Shown piece by piece: positions 1 to 9,600 of a stretch of DNA of 64,000 nt (position 1 is its first letter; each line of letters starts with the position of its first letter). This DNA comes from Chthoniobacterales bacterium. GTDB lineage: Bacteria > Verrucomicrobiota > Verrucomicrobiia > Chthoniobacterales > Chthoniobacteraceae. The DNA is taken from positions 138,651-202,650 of the forward strand of contig JBBQZX010000007.1 of the NCBI GenBank assembly GCA_038207335.1. Reading direction: 5' to 3'. The translations under genes and the position numbers were made by a program. Under the pieces are notes generated by a model that made no database searches, was not told the origin of the DNA, and was given only the letters and a program-made list of their open reading frames with translations.

Positions 1-1
1 C

Positions 2-562
2 GCACGGATGCGGACGACGTTCCGCGAATACTCCGACCTAGTGCAGGAGATCGACAAGCGCGAGGTGGCTTACACTTCCACGCACGAAGACCCGGCGGCA
101 GCACGTGACCTCCTCCACCGCCAGACGGCGCGCATGGAGCGCAAGGACAGCGAGCGCACGGACCTGATCCTCGACAGCATCTTCCGCGAAGCCGACCTCG
201 CCGTGAAATCCGGCGACACGCAGGGCGCCGCGCGCATCTATCGCGACGCGCTGAATGACAAAGGCACGGAGGTCGTCGCTTTCAAAAAAATCTCGGGCCG
301 CTACTACGACTGGGCAAAGGCGAACTCCGCCGGGCCGGATACCGTGCGCAAGCTGGTGAGCTTTTTCGACCGCAAGCACCCTGAGCCCACCAGCGATGTA
401 TTTGCAATCGGCGCGTATCGCGGCGTGCTGGCATCGCTCTCCGGCATGGCGAAAGAGCAAGGTCTCGAGTCGCAGCAGCGTCAGCTCGACCGGCGCGAGG
501 AGAAGTTAAAAGAGCTCCAAGACAAGCTCGGCAAAGCCGCGAGCAAAGGCGCGGGGCGCTAA
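2..562 (+). CDS. Hypothetical helical protein, C-terminal part (frame open at window edge)
   Basis: Open frame from position 2 to TAA at 560-562; helical, TPR-like stretch (ADLAVKSGDTQGAARIYRDAL) and coiled-coil end. Confidence 0.7.
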   Translation, partial: ARMRTTFREYSDLVQEIDKREVAYTSTHEDPAAARDLLHRQTARMERKDSERTDLILDSIFREADLAVKSGDTQGAARIYRDALNDKGTEVVAFKKISGRYYDWAKANSAGPDTVRKLVSFFDRKHPEPTSDVFAIGAYRGVLASLSGMAKEQGLESQQRQLDRREEKLKELQDKLGKAASKGAGR

Positions 563-579
563 GTCGGGAAACGTGCTAG

Positions 580-1929
580 CTAGCTGCGCCGCCGACGGCG
601 GAGCAGGGCGGGAATGCCGAAGGCGAGCAGGCCGAACATCGAGGGCTCAGGAACGAGCTGGATGCCACCGTTTGCGGTGTCCCCGATGAGGTGCAAGTTG
701 GCGTCCGCTCGGTCGGTGATGACGCCTTGTCCCGCGTAGAGTTCCGTGAAGGCGCCGCCTGCACGCTCGAAGAAGATATACTGAAGCTGGTAGTCGCCCG
801 GCAGAAGGTGCGTCACGCCGAGCGTGTTGGAATCGCCGGTCGGCGTTTCGAACTGCAGCGTGTCGCCCGCCGCGGAGCCGTTGGTCTTGGAGATGAAATT
901 CGCGCCGAGGATTCGGAGGGATGAGCCATCGTCGCCGGAGAAGCCGAACGTGTAATCGGACTCCAGCGTGATGCGGATGGTGGCGGTGGCGAGCAGCGAG
1001 AAATCGTCGTCGGCTCCAGCGGTATCGCCGGGAAAAACATTCCGGCCGGCAGAGCCGAATTTTCCTTCTCCACCGGCATCCTGCGGGTCTTTGAAATTGA
1101 TCGTCGAGAACGAACCCGAATTGCGCGTTCCGCCGCTGCCGCGCAGAACGGCTTGGGCGTCGCGAACATTGTTCAGCGTGCCTGCGCCCCGCACCACCGT
1201 CACGTCGAAGAGCCCGGTGCTCCCCGGCCCCGTGCCGCCGAGAAACGATGGCTTCGACGGCAAGTTAAGGTTGTATTCGACGAGATATTGATGAGTCAGA
1301 GTCGAGTTGCTCGGCCCGCCGTTGTCATTCCACGAACCGCTGTTGGTGAGTTCCACCGCGTTCTCACCCGTCGAAAAGTTATTCGGCTCACCGCCACCCC
1401 AATTTTGATAGGTGAAAGGATCGCCGGACTGCCACTTGAAACCAAAACCGCGTTGACCCGCGACGGGCTCCTGTCCGGCTGCCGGGAGCGGATTGCCGCT
1501 TGTATTTCCAGCCTCGCTTGCACCAGGAACTAGTGCCGGGTCGTCCGTGAGACCGAGCCACGCGGCGTTTCCCCCGAAGTTCACGCCGCGGGCGGTGTTG
1601 AGAATCGCATTCTGCTCCCCGCTGCGAATCGTCATCACATGACCCGTGACCCCCGCATTTGCGCCTACGGATTCAGCGCCGGGAAAAGTGCGTCCCGCAG
1701 CGGTCGAAAACGCCACGTCCTGCGTCACCGCGCCGGTTTCGATTTCGTACGCGTTGTAGCCGCCGAGGCCATTCGGAAGAAAAAAGATCGGTCCCGCGAC
1801 TGCGGAAGCGGTACACATGCCCGCGAGCGCCAGCGCCCCGAAACTGAGCTTTTGCGCCGCAGACCACGCATGCTTGGCGACGATCGGAGATTTACGTACT
1901 GAACGATCGAGTGGGGGAAGGATGTCCAT
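580..1929 (-). CDS. PEP-CTERM surface protein with C-type lectin and PA14-like domains
   Basis: N-terminal signal region; AWLGLTD...FKWQSGDPFTYQNWGGGEPNN...GENAV...WND (CTLD); YTFGFSGDDGSSLRI...YQLQYIFFERAGG (PA14-like); C-terminal VPEPS-TM-RRRRRS. Confidence 0.9.
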   Translation of the reverse strand: MDILPPLDRSVRKSPIVAKHAWSAAQKLSFGALALAGMCTASAVAGPIFFLPNGLGGYNAYEIETGAVTQDVAFSTAAGRTFPGAESVGANAGVTGHVMTIRSGEQNAILNTARGVNFGGNAAWLGLTDDPALVPGASEAGNTSGNPLPAAGQEPVAGQRGFGFKWQSGDPFTYQNWGGGEPNNFSTGENAVELTNSGSWNDNGGPSNSTLTHQYLVEYNLNLPSKPSFLGGTGPGSTGLFDVTVVRGAGTLNNVRDAQAVLRGSGGTRNSGSFSTINFKDPQDAGGEGKFGSAGRNVFPGDTAGADDDFSLLATATIRITLESDYTFGFSGDDGSSLRILGANFISKTNGSAAGDTLQFETPTGDSNTLGVTHLLPGDYQLQYIFFERAGGAFTELYAGQGVITDRADANLHLIGDTANGGIQLVPEPSMFGLLAFGIPALLRRRRRS

Positions 1930-2056
1930 GGGAGCGACCGTTAGCGAAAAAGAATGTGGCCTTCAAGCGCGTTGCGCGTTTTTCTATCCCGCAAATCCAC
2001 AAGTTCACCGCTGCCGGCTGGCGCGTGCTGCGACGCTGCGATACGCTCGCCCGCAA

Positions 2057-2362
2057 ATGCGACGAAAGCTGAAGCTCTGGGTGCGCGCCTGCGCGCTGGC
2101 GATCCTGCGCCGGTGCGGTACGGAGGTGGTGGACCGGCGAACGGGAGAACGGGCGGGAAGAGCGTTTTTTATCGGCTGGGGCGGGCGCGTGCTGGCGATC
2201 GGCTTGGAAAATGAGCCGCCGCTTCAGCCGATATTTCTGCCTCAGGAGAGGCTGACTTTTTGGAAACAAGAGATCGGATTCGAAAGCCCGCCGCCTCCCG
2301 ATTTTCCTCATATCGCGCCGCATGACGCTGAATCTTCTCCTGACGCATCAGAATCCCGCTGA
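2057..2362 (+). CDS. Hypothetical protein (~101 aa)
   Basis: ATG 2057 within ORF 1817..2362, preceded by TACGCT at 2042-2047; overlaps the next gene by 41 nt. Confidence 0.6.
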   Translation: MRRKLKLWVRACALAILRRCGTEVVDRRTGERAGRAFFIGWGGRVLAIGLENEPPLQPIFLPQERLTFWKQEIGFESPPPPDFPHIAPHDAESSPDASESR

Positions 2363-3050
2363 AGTCGCGGCGATGCTCGCGGCATGGGCGGAGTGCGTGC
2401 CGATCGATTCGCTTTTCGTCGCGTACGGCGGGAGGCGCGAGGCGTTTGAAAAGATCGCGCATCCGCACAAGGCGCTCATCGATTCACCGCGACTGAGGAC
2501 GCGGGATCATCAGCGAGAGAAGCAGAGTTACGCGGAAGTCTTCGCGACGGCGTGCGAGTGGATGCGCGGTCGGACGTTCGCTCACGTCCACTTCGCGGAA
2601 TACGACCACGTGCCGCTCGTGCCGGATTTGAATGCGCGACAGGCGGCTTTTCTGGCGGAGGAAAACGCGGATGTGCTCGGCTTTCGGCTTCGCCGCGTGG
2701 ATGGGACGAACTACCCAAATTATCTCTACCACGCCGCGGACCCCAGGTTTCATCGGCATTGGGAGGCGATAAGCTGCCGCGAGGATCGCCGCGCGGTGCT
2801 GCGGTTCACGGGCACGGGTTCGTTTTGGACGCGCGCGGCTTTCGATATGGTGGCGTCACGCGCCGAGCCTTTTCCGATCTATGTGGAGCTACTGCTGCCT
2901 ACGCTCGCGCATCATCTCGGCTACCGCGTGCGGGATTGGGGCGCGCAGAATCGCTGGGTGCATCACCTCGGGGATTTCACCGCCGAGATGGATGCGGCGC
3001 GGCGCGATGGAGCGTGGACGCTGCATCCGGTGAAGGGGCTTTGGGCCTAA
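2322..3050 (+). CDS. Hypothetical protein, possibly glycosyltransferase-like
   Basis: 242-aa ORF with HVHFAEYDH (DxD-like) and a terminal LHPVK motif. Confidence 0.65.
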   Translation: MTLNLLLTHQNPAEVAAMLAAWAECVPIDSLFVAYGGRREAFEKIAHPHKALIDSPRLRTRDHQREKQSYAEVFATACEWMRGRTFAHVHFAEYDHVPLVPDLNARQAAFLAEENADVLGFRLRRVDGTNYPNYLYHAADPRFHRHWEAISCREDRRAVLRFTGTGSFWTRAAFDMVASRAEPFPIYVELLLPTLAHHLGYRVRDWGAQNRWVHHLGDFTAEMDAARRDGAWTLHPVKGLWA

Positions 3051-3169
3051 AAGTCTGGAGCCAAGAGGTCGTCGTCCTCGCTCGCGCGCGAATCTCACTC
3101 ACTGCCGCCTTGACGCTTCGCTAGTCACACTCTTAATTCCCGCGCCTTTTGCCCACCCCGTCAATTCCA

Positions 3170-3772
3170 ATGCTAAAACTCGGACCCATTTTCATCCTGC
3201 TCGCCGCGCTGTTCGCAGCGGGTTGTGCATCGCGCGATCCGCGATTCAGCGACGAGACGGTTTATCTCGGTGGCTTCAAGAGCCGCAATCAACCCGAGAA
3301 GCGCGCGAATTACGACGACGTGTCTTATTGGGACGGCGATCACGTCGCGGGCTCGCCCTCGGTCCGCATCAGCATAGGCGAGCAGCGCGCTTACTTTTAC
3401 AAAGGTGGCGAACTCGTCGGCATCTCCGTGCTCTCGACCGGACGCGAGGGGCACGACACGCCGCTCGGCAACTACAAGTTCCAGCAAAAAGACATCAACC
3501 ACGTCTCTTCGCTCTACGGCGATTACATCGATCGGCAGGGGAACGTGATTCAAAAAGACATAGATACAAGCAAGGACCCGCGCCCGCCCGGCGCGATCTA
3601 CGACGGGGCAAGGATGCCTTTCTTCATGCGCATCACCGGCGGAGTCGGGATGCACGAGGGCTTCCTGCCGGGCTATCCCGCCTCGCACGGCTGCATTCGG
3701 ATGCCAGGCTTCATGGCGAAGAAGTTTTTTGAGAACGTCTCCGTCGGCACTCCGGTGGCGATCGTTCCGTAA
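3170..3772 (+). CDS. L,D-transpeptidase (YkuD family) lipoprotein
   Basis: Lipobox FAAGC; VGMHEG...ASHGCIRM catalytic motif; ends VGTPVAI. Confidence 0.92.
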   Translation: MLKLGPIFILLAALFAAGCASRDPRFSDETVYLGGFKSRNQPEKRANYDDVSYWDGDHVAGSPSVRISIGEQRAYFYKGGELVGISVLSTGREGHDTPLGNYKFQQKDINHVSSLYGDYIDRQGNVIQKDIDTSKDPRPPGAIYDGARMPFFMRITGGVGMHEGFLPGYPASHGCIRMPGFMAKKFFENVSVGTPVAIVP

Positions 3773-3815
3773 TCTCTACCGCTTCCTCCAAGCGGAGCCC
3801 CAGCCACACCGCTCC

Positions 3816-4145
3816 GTGCCAGTCCCCGAAATCTCCGTCCAAGCCGCCAGCGAGCTTTTGAAAAGTGCCGCACCTCCGCGGCTCATCGATGTGCGGGAGC
3901 CAGACGAATGGCAACTCTGCCGAATCGCCGGCGCGGAGCTGCTGCCGCTCTCGCAGTGGCCGGCTGTGGCGGGTGAAAAGCTCACTGACCCGGCGCAACC
4001 GATCATCGTCCATTGCCACCACGGTGGGCGCTCGGCGCGTGCGGCGGACTTCCTGATCCAGAGCGGTTTTGCAGACGTGAAAAATCTCACTGGCGGGATC
4101 GACGCGTGGTCCGCGGAAATCGATCCGGCAGTGCCGCGATATTGA
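3816..4145 (+). CDS. Rhodanese-like domain protein
   Basis: LIDVREPDEW, HCHHGGRS, NLTGGIDAWS, DPAVPRY; GTG start inferred. Confidence 0.9.
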   Translation: MPVPEISVQAASELLKSAAPPRLIDVREPDEWQLCRIAGAELLPLSQWPAVAGEKLTDPAQPIIVHCHHGGRSARAADFLIQSGFADVKNLTGGIDAWSAEIDPAVPRY

Positions 4146-4167
4146 TCCCAAGACCGCTCCGGCTCGA

Positions 4168-4893
4168 TCACACCTGCGCCGTGTAGAGCGAGACGATGCC
4201 GCCGGTGAGCGGCTCTGAGGTCGCGGAAGAAAACCCAGCCTGCTCCAAAAGCGCGCACATTTCCGCACCATGCGGGAAACTCTCGATCGAATCGCCGAGA
4301 TAATCGTAGGCCGATTTCTCGCCCGTGAGCAGCGCAGCGAGCCGCGGCAGGAGGTGGTGCAGGTAGGGCCGGTAGAGCCAGCGCAGCGGCGGCGACGGGA
4401 CCGAAAAATCAAGCACGAGCAGGTGCCCTCCCGGCGCCAGGACACGTCGCATTTCGCCGAGCGCGATTGGCCACGAGGCCATGTTGCGCAGCCCAAAGGC
4501 TACCGTGACGACATCGAACGCTTCGTCCAAAAACGGCAGCGCGAGCGCGTCGGCCACCACGAGATCGCGCACGCCTTTGCGCTGCGCCTCACGCAGCATC
4601 GGCTCGCAGAAATCGGCACCAATCACGCGCGCTTTGAGACATGCCGCGGTGAGCGTGAGCGCTAGATCGCCACTGCCGGTCGCGAGATCGAGGATGCGAG
4701 CGGGTCGCCAGTCGCGCACGATGCGGGCCGCGCGGCGCCTCCAGAAAAAGTCGAGTCCACCGCTCAGCAGATGATTCGCGAGGTCGTAGCGTTGTGCGAT
4801 CGTCACGAACATCCGCTGGACGCGGCGCGCTTTGTCCCCGAATGGAGAATCTGTTGGAGCCGATTGGGCCTCTTTGGACACTGAAATAGGCAT
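4168..4893 (-). CDS. ubiE: UbiE/MenG family quinone C-methyltransferase
   Basis: MFVTIAQRYDLANHLLSGG, ILDLATGSGD, VTVAFGLRN, AYDYLGDSI; start uncertain. Confidence 0.9.
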   Translation of the reverse strand: MPISVSKEAQSAPTDSPFGDKARRVQRMFVTIAQRYDLANHLLSGGLDFFWRRRAARIVRDWRPARILDLATGSGDLALTLTAACLKARVIGADFCEPMLREAQRKGVRDLVVADALALPFLDEAFDVVTVAFGLRNMASWPIALGEMRRVLAPGGHLLVLDFSVPSPPLRWLYRPYLHHLLPRLAALLTGEKSAYDYLGDSIESFPHGAEMCALLEQAGFSSATSEPLTGGIVSLYTAQV

Positions 4894-4949
4894 ACCATTT
4901 GCTCTTGTCCTCTGTCCAATTTTCTCCTAGAGAATCGGACCCGTCTCGC

Positions 4950-6575
4950 ATGTTCCAAGACCTTTTCAGCCGCGCGAAAATCCTGATCGTCGATGATGAA
5001 CCGTCGAACGTGCGCCTGCTTGAGCGCATCCTGGAGATGCACGGGGCGACGCATCTCCACGCCACGACCGACGCGCGCCAGGCGCTCCCGCTTTTCCTCG
5101 AATATGAGCCAGACCTCGTGCTGCTCGACCTGCACATGCCGCACGTCAGCGGGTTTGAAGTGATCGAGCAGCTCCGCCGCGCGCGGCCCGATGGCGACCA
5201 TCCACCCATTCTCGTCCTCACCGCCGACATCACCGTTGAGACGAAGCGAAAGGCCCTGTCCTGCGGCGCACAGGATTTCGTCATCAAGCCGCTCGACCAT
5301 CTCGAGGTTGTCCTGCGGATTAAGAATCTCATCGAGAACCGCTTTCTGCGGGTGGAGTTGCAGAAGCAAAATTGCTCGCTCGAGCAACAAGTCGCCGAGC
5401 GCACAGCCCAGCTCGGCGACACGCTCGAGCAGCTCCGCGCCACGCAGGAAAACATCGTGCGGCAGGAGCGCCTGAGCGCACTTGGGATGATGGCCGGCGG
5501 CATCGCGCACGATTTCAACAACGCTCTCACCATGATGCTCGGATACGGCGAACTGCTCCTCCCATTCATGGAGGAAAGTGCACCGCCTCGAGAGATCGGC
5601 TTCCTGCGAAATGTCATCAATGCCGCCAATGATGCGGCGCACGTCGTGAGCCGATTGCGCGATTTTTACCGACCCGCCGGCGGCGACGAAATCCGGCTCG
5701 CCGTGGACCTCAACGCGCTCGTGAACGAGATCGTCTCGCTCACCATACCGAAGTGGAAAGGCCGCAGCCGTGCCGATGGCGTCCAAATCACCGTCGACAC
5801 CGACCTGGGCTCAGTGCCGGAAATCGCGGGAAACGCCGCGGAGCTGCGCGAGGTGATGACGAATTTGATTTTCAACGCCGTCGATGCAATGCCCGGCGGA
5901 GGCGGGATTCGGATCGGCACCGCGCGACGGGGCGACGGTGTCGCGGTTTCCGTAAGCGACACGGGCATCGGAATGTCCGAGGCCGAAAAGGAGCGCTGCC
6001 TGGAGCCATTTTTCACCACCAAAGGAGAGCGCGGCACCGGGCTCGGGCTGTCGGTCGTTTATGGCATCGTCCAGCGGCACGGAGGAGGGATCGAGATCGA
6101 GACTGAGGAGGGGCGCGGCACGACTTTCATCATCTCCCTTCCCATCGAGACACCCCGCGCGGCGGAGGAACCACCGTCTTTTGCGGAATTCGATCGGCAG
6201 CTGAAAATCCTCGTCGTCGATGACCAGGAAATCATTTGCGAGTTGATCACAGAGCATTTGAAAGTGGACGGCCACGATCTCGCCGTGGCGTTCGACGGAA
6301 ACTCCGCGCTCGAAGCCTTTCGCACATCGCATTTTGACCTCGTCATCACGGACCAATCGATGCCCGGCATGAACGGCGAGCAACTCGCCGCCGCGATCGG
6401 CATCCTGGCACCAGACACCGCGATCATCCTGCTCACCGGGTTCGCCGAAGAAATGCACGCGGCTGGAAATCTTCCGCCCGACATCGATCTGGTTGTCGGC
6501 AAACCGATCAGTGCTGCTGCGCTGCGAAGTGCGATCCGCGAGGTGATGACCGGCAGCCCGCTGATGACCTGCTGA
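4950..6575 (+). CDS. Hybrid histidine kinase (REC-HisKA-HATPase-REC)
   Basis: ILIVDD/LLDLHMP; GIAHDFNN; NLIFNAVDA, DTGIG, FFTTK, GTGLGL; second REC ITDQSMP. Confidence 0.93.
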   Translation: MFQDLFSRAKILIVDDEPSNVRLLERILEMHGATHLHATTDARQALPLFLEYEPDLVLLDLHMPHVSGFEVIEQLRRARPDGDHPPILVLTADITVETKRKALSCGAQDFVIKPLDHLEVVLRIKNLIENRFLRVELQKQNCSLEQQVAERTAQLGDTLEQLRATQENIVRQERLSALGMMAGGIAHDFNNALTMMLGYGELLLPFMEESAPPREIGFLRNVINAANDAAHVVSRLRDFYRPAGGDEIRLAVDLNALVNEIVSLTIPKWKGRSRADGVQITVDTDLGSVPEIAGNAAELREVMTNLIFNAVDAMPGGGGIRIGTARRGDGVAVSVSDTGIGMSEAEKERCLEPFFTTKGERGTGLGLSVVYGIVQRHGGGIEIETEEGRGTTFIISLPIETPRAAEEPPSFAEFDRQLKILVVDDQEIICELITEHLKVDGHDLAVAFDGNSALEAFRTSHFDLVITDQSMPGMNGEQLAAAIGILAPDTAIILLTGFAEEMHAAGNLPPDIDLVVGKPISAAALRSAIREVMTGSPLMTC

Positions 6576-6656
6576 GTCCGGGCACCACGGTTCTCGGTCC
6601 GGCGAATATTCTTCCACTTCGGTCCTTCGCGCCTTCGTGGAAAATTCCCGCCCGGT

Positions 6657-9600
6657 TCAGGAAGCCCCCGCCGTTGCCAACTCGCGCAGTGCGTACTCGA
6701 GCTGGTGGAAATCCACCGGCTTCACCAGATGCAGTGCGAAGCCCGCTTCGCGCGAACGCGCGAGATCCTCTTCCATTCCGTATCCGCTAAGCGCGATCCC
6801 TCGCAGGCCGTAGCGGCTGTGCAACTCGCGCATTAGGTCGGTGCCTGTGCCGTCCGGCAGACCGAGGTCCGAGATGACAGCGTCGAATTTCGCACCCGCC
6901 GCAACTTTCAATGCGTCACCCACCGTGCTCGCAGTGAGCACTCTGTGGCCCGCGCGCACAAGCAACCGCGAGAGGACTTGCAGCGTCGGCTCGTGATCCT
7001 CGACCAGCAGCAGACGCAGCGGTGCCACCTGCACGCGAGCCTGCCGAGGAGCCCCCGGAAGCTGCGGCTGAGAGGAAAGCTCCGTCGCTGGCGTCACACC
7101 CGAGGGCGGTGCGACCGCGCCGGGCAGCTCCACCACGAAAGTTGCACCGTGCCCCGAGCCCTCACTTCTTGCGGCGATCGTCCCCCCATGCAGATCGACG
7201 ATCGCACGGGCGATGGCGAGCCCGAGCCCCATCCCGCCGAAGCGATGATCGTTCACCAAACCGGCCTGCTCAAACGGAAGAAAGATCGCGTTGAGCGCCT
7301 CAGGGGCGATCCCGATCCCACTGTCGCGCACCTCGATATGCAGCGCCGCCGAGCCGTCCGCAGAGAGCGCATCTGTCGTGCGGATCGCGATTTCCCCGCC
7401 TCGCGGCGTGAATTTCACAGCGTTGCGCAAAAGGTTCCAAATCACCTGCTGAAAACGCGCGGGGTCGGCCATGAGCCCACTCCGCTCCGCGGTAAATTCG
7501 CGCTTCAGCTCGATCCCCTTCCCCTGCGCGTCGTCCCGCACGATCTCCACCGCGAGGCCGATGAGCGAGTGCGCGTCGCACGCCTGCAGCCGCAGGTCGA
7601 GTTTGCCCTTTGCGATGCGCGTGAGGTCGAGGAGGTCGTCGATCAGCCGCGCCTCGAGAGCGATATTCCGCTCCATCATTCCAAGCTGCTCGCGCGCGTC
7701 TGCGGGCAGGCGCTCATCCTCGCGCAGCGTCGCGGCAATCATCAGCACGGGGGTCAGCGGCGTCCGCAGCTCGTGCGAGAGCGCGGCGAGAAAATCGTCC
7801 TTTGCCTTCGACGCGCTCTCCGCGACGACGCGCGCGCGTTCAGCTTCATCCCGGCTGTCCTTTGCAGCAGCTTCCGCATGGACGAAATCCTCAATGTCCG
7901 TGCACGTGCCGAACCACCGGATAATTGCCCCACTTTCATCCCGCACCGGGAGACCACGCCCAAGAAACCAGCGGTAGCTTCCGTCCGACTGGTCGCGGAA
8001 TCGGTATCGGATTTCGTAGTCCTCGCCCGTGCGCACGCTCGAGTACCAGCGCTCAACGCTTCGCTCCGCATCGTCCGGATGAAGGACTCTGATCCACGCA
8101 TCGTCCAGCGACTCGCCTTCACCCCGTCCTGTGAATTCGTACCAACGGCGGTTAAAATACTCCGCGTCCCCATTCGGGCTCGCCATCCATACGATTTGCG
8201 GCATCGCATCCGCAAGCTGCCGCAGACGCGCCGCGCTCGCTGTCAGATCCGCCGCCGCCCTTTGCCGCTCCGTGATATCCCGCACGAATCCGCCAAAAAG
8301 CGGCGGCTCGGTTCCAGGGATGTGATTGATGGAAAGCTCGCACGGGAATTCGCTCCCATCGCCACGGATTGCCGGCAACTCGTAGCGCTGCCCGAGGATC
8401 CGCGCTTCACGCGTCGCCACATAACGCGCGATCCCTTGCGCGTGCCGCTCCCGCAGCCGCTCGGGAACAACGACTTCCCCGAGGGATTTACCAAGCACGT
8501 CCTCCTTTTTCGCGGAGAAGATCTCCTCGGCCGCCGAGTTCCAATCCGCGATTCGCCCCTCGTGGTCCATTAAAATGAAACCGTCCAACGACGTGTTAAT
8601 AATCGCGGTTTTCAGCACCTCGCTCGCGCCGAGTGCCGCCTCCGACGCGCGCCTCTCCAGCCATTGCGCGATCGTCCCGGCAATCGGCTCCAGGTCGCCC
8701 AACACGGTCAGAGAAAGAGGATGCCGTGCAAAAAGCGCAATCACCCCGAGCATGCGCGACTCGACCAAAAGCGGGTAGCCCGCGAACGCCACCATTCCCT
8801 CACGCTTTGCCCACTCGGGGTCGCCGATATTCGGGTCGTGCGCCACGTCATTCGTGAGGTGAGCAGTGCGCCGCTGCGCGATGCGCCCGATTTTAAACTC
8901 ACCCACAGGCACCCGGCCATGCGGCCCATTCAGATGCGTGTACATCCCTGCGCTCGCTCGCATCTCGAGCATTTGCTCCCGCGCGTTCAGCGTCCACACG
9001 CGCGCAAATGCCCCGTCGAGATGCCGCACAAGCGCCTCGCACACGCCCTTCAGAATCGCATCGACCGGATCGGGTTTTGTAAGCAGCGCGGCTATTTGCA
9101 ATCGCAACTCCGAGAGCCGCGCACGCTCCTGCACCTCCGCCTCCGCCCGTGCCCGCGCAATGATCGCCCAGCACCGCTCCGCCACTTCCTCCACGAGCGC
9201 CACCTCGTTCGCCGTCCAGTTTCGCGAACGTGTCTGATGCACGGCCATCATCGCCCGCAGCGTCCCGTCTTTGACCAGCGGGCAGCAGACGATCGCCTTG
9301 ATATCGATCGCGCTGAAAGTCGACGCGCCCTCCCCCGGCTTCAGTTCCACATCCACATCGCGGAGGACCAAGGTCCGCCCCGCGCGCATGTCCGCAGCCG
9401 CGCGCGTACCGAAAAGATCGAGGTGATACCGCCCCACCGTGCTGGCACACCCGTCCGCGTAATCGTGCTGAATCGTGAACCCTTCGCCATCGTCCGCCAC
9501 ATCGGCGTATGCGCATCGCGAGACATTCAGGTGTTTCCCTAAAAGCTCCGCGATCACCTCGAGAATTGCATTCGCCTCTGTCAGCGAACGCGTTGCTTCC

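Noticed and set aside
3110..3138. Sigma70 promoter TTGACG...CTTAAT before the L,D-transpeptidase
   Set aside because: Good -35 but the -10 match and spacing are ambiguous.
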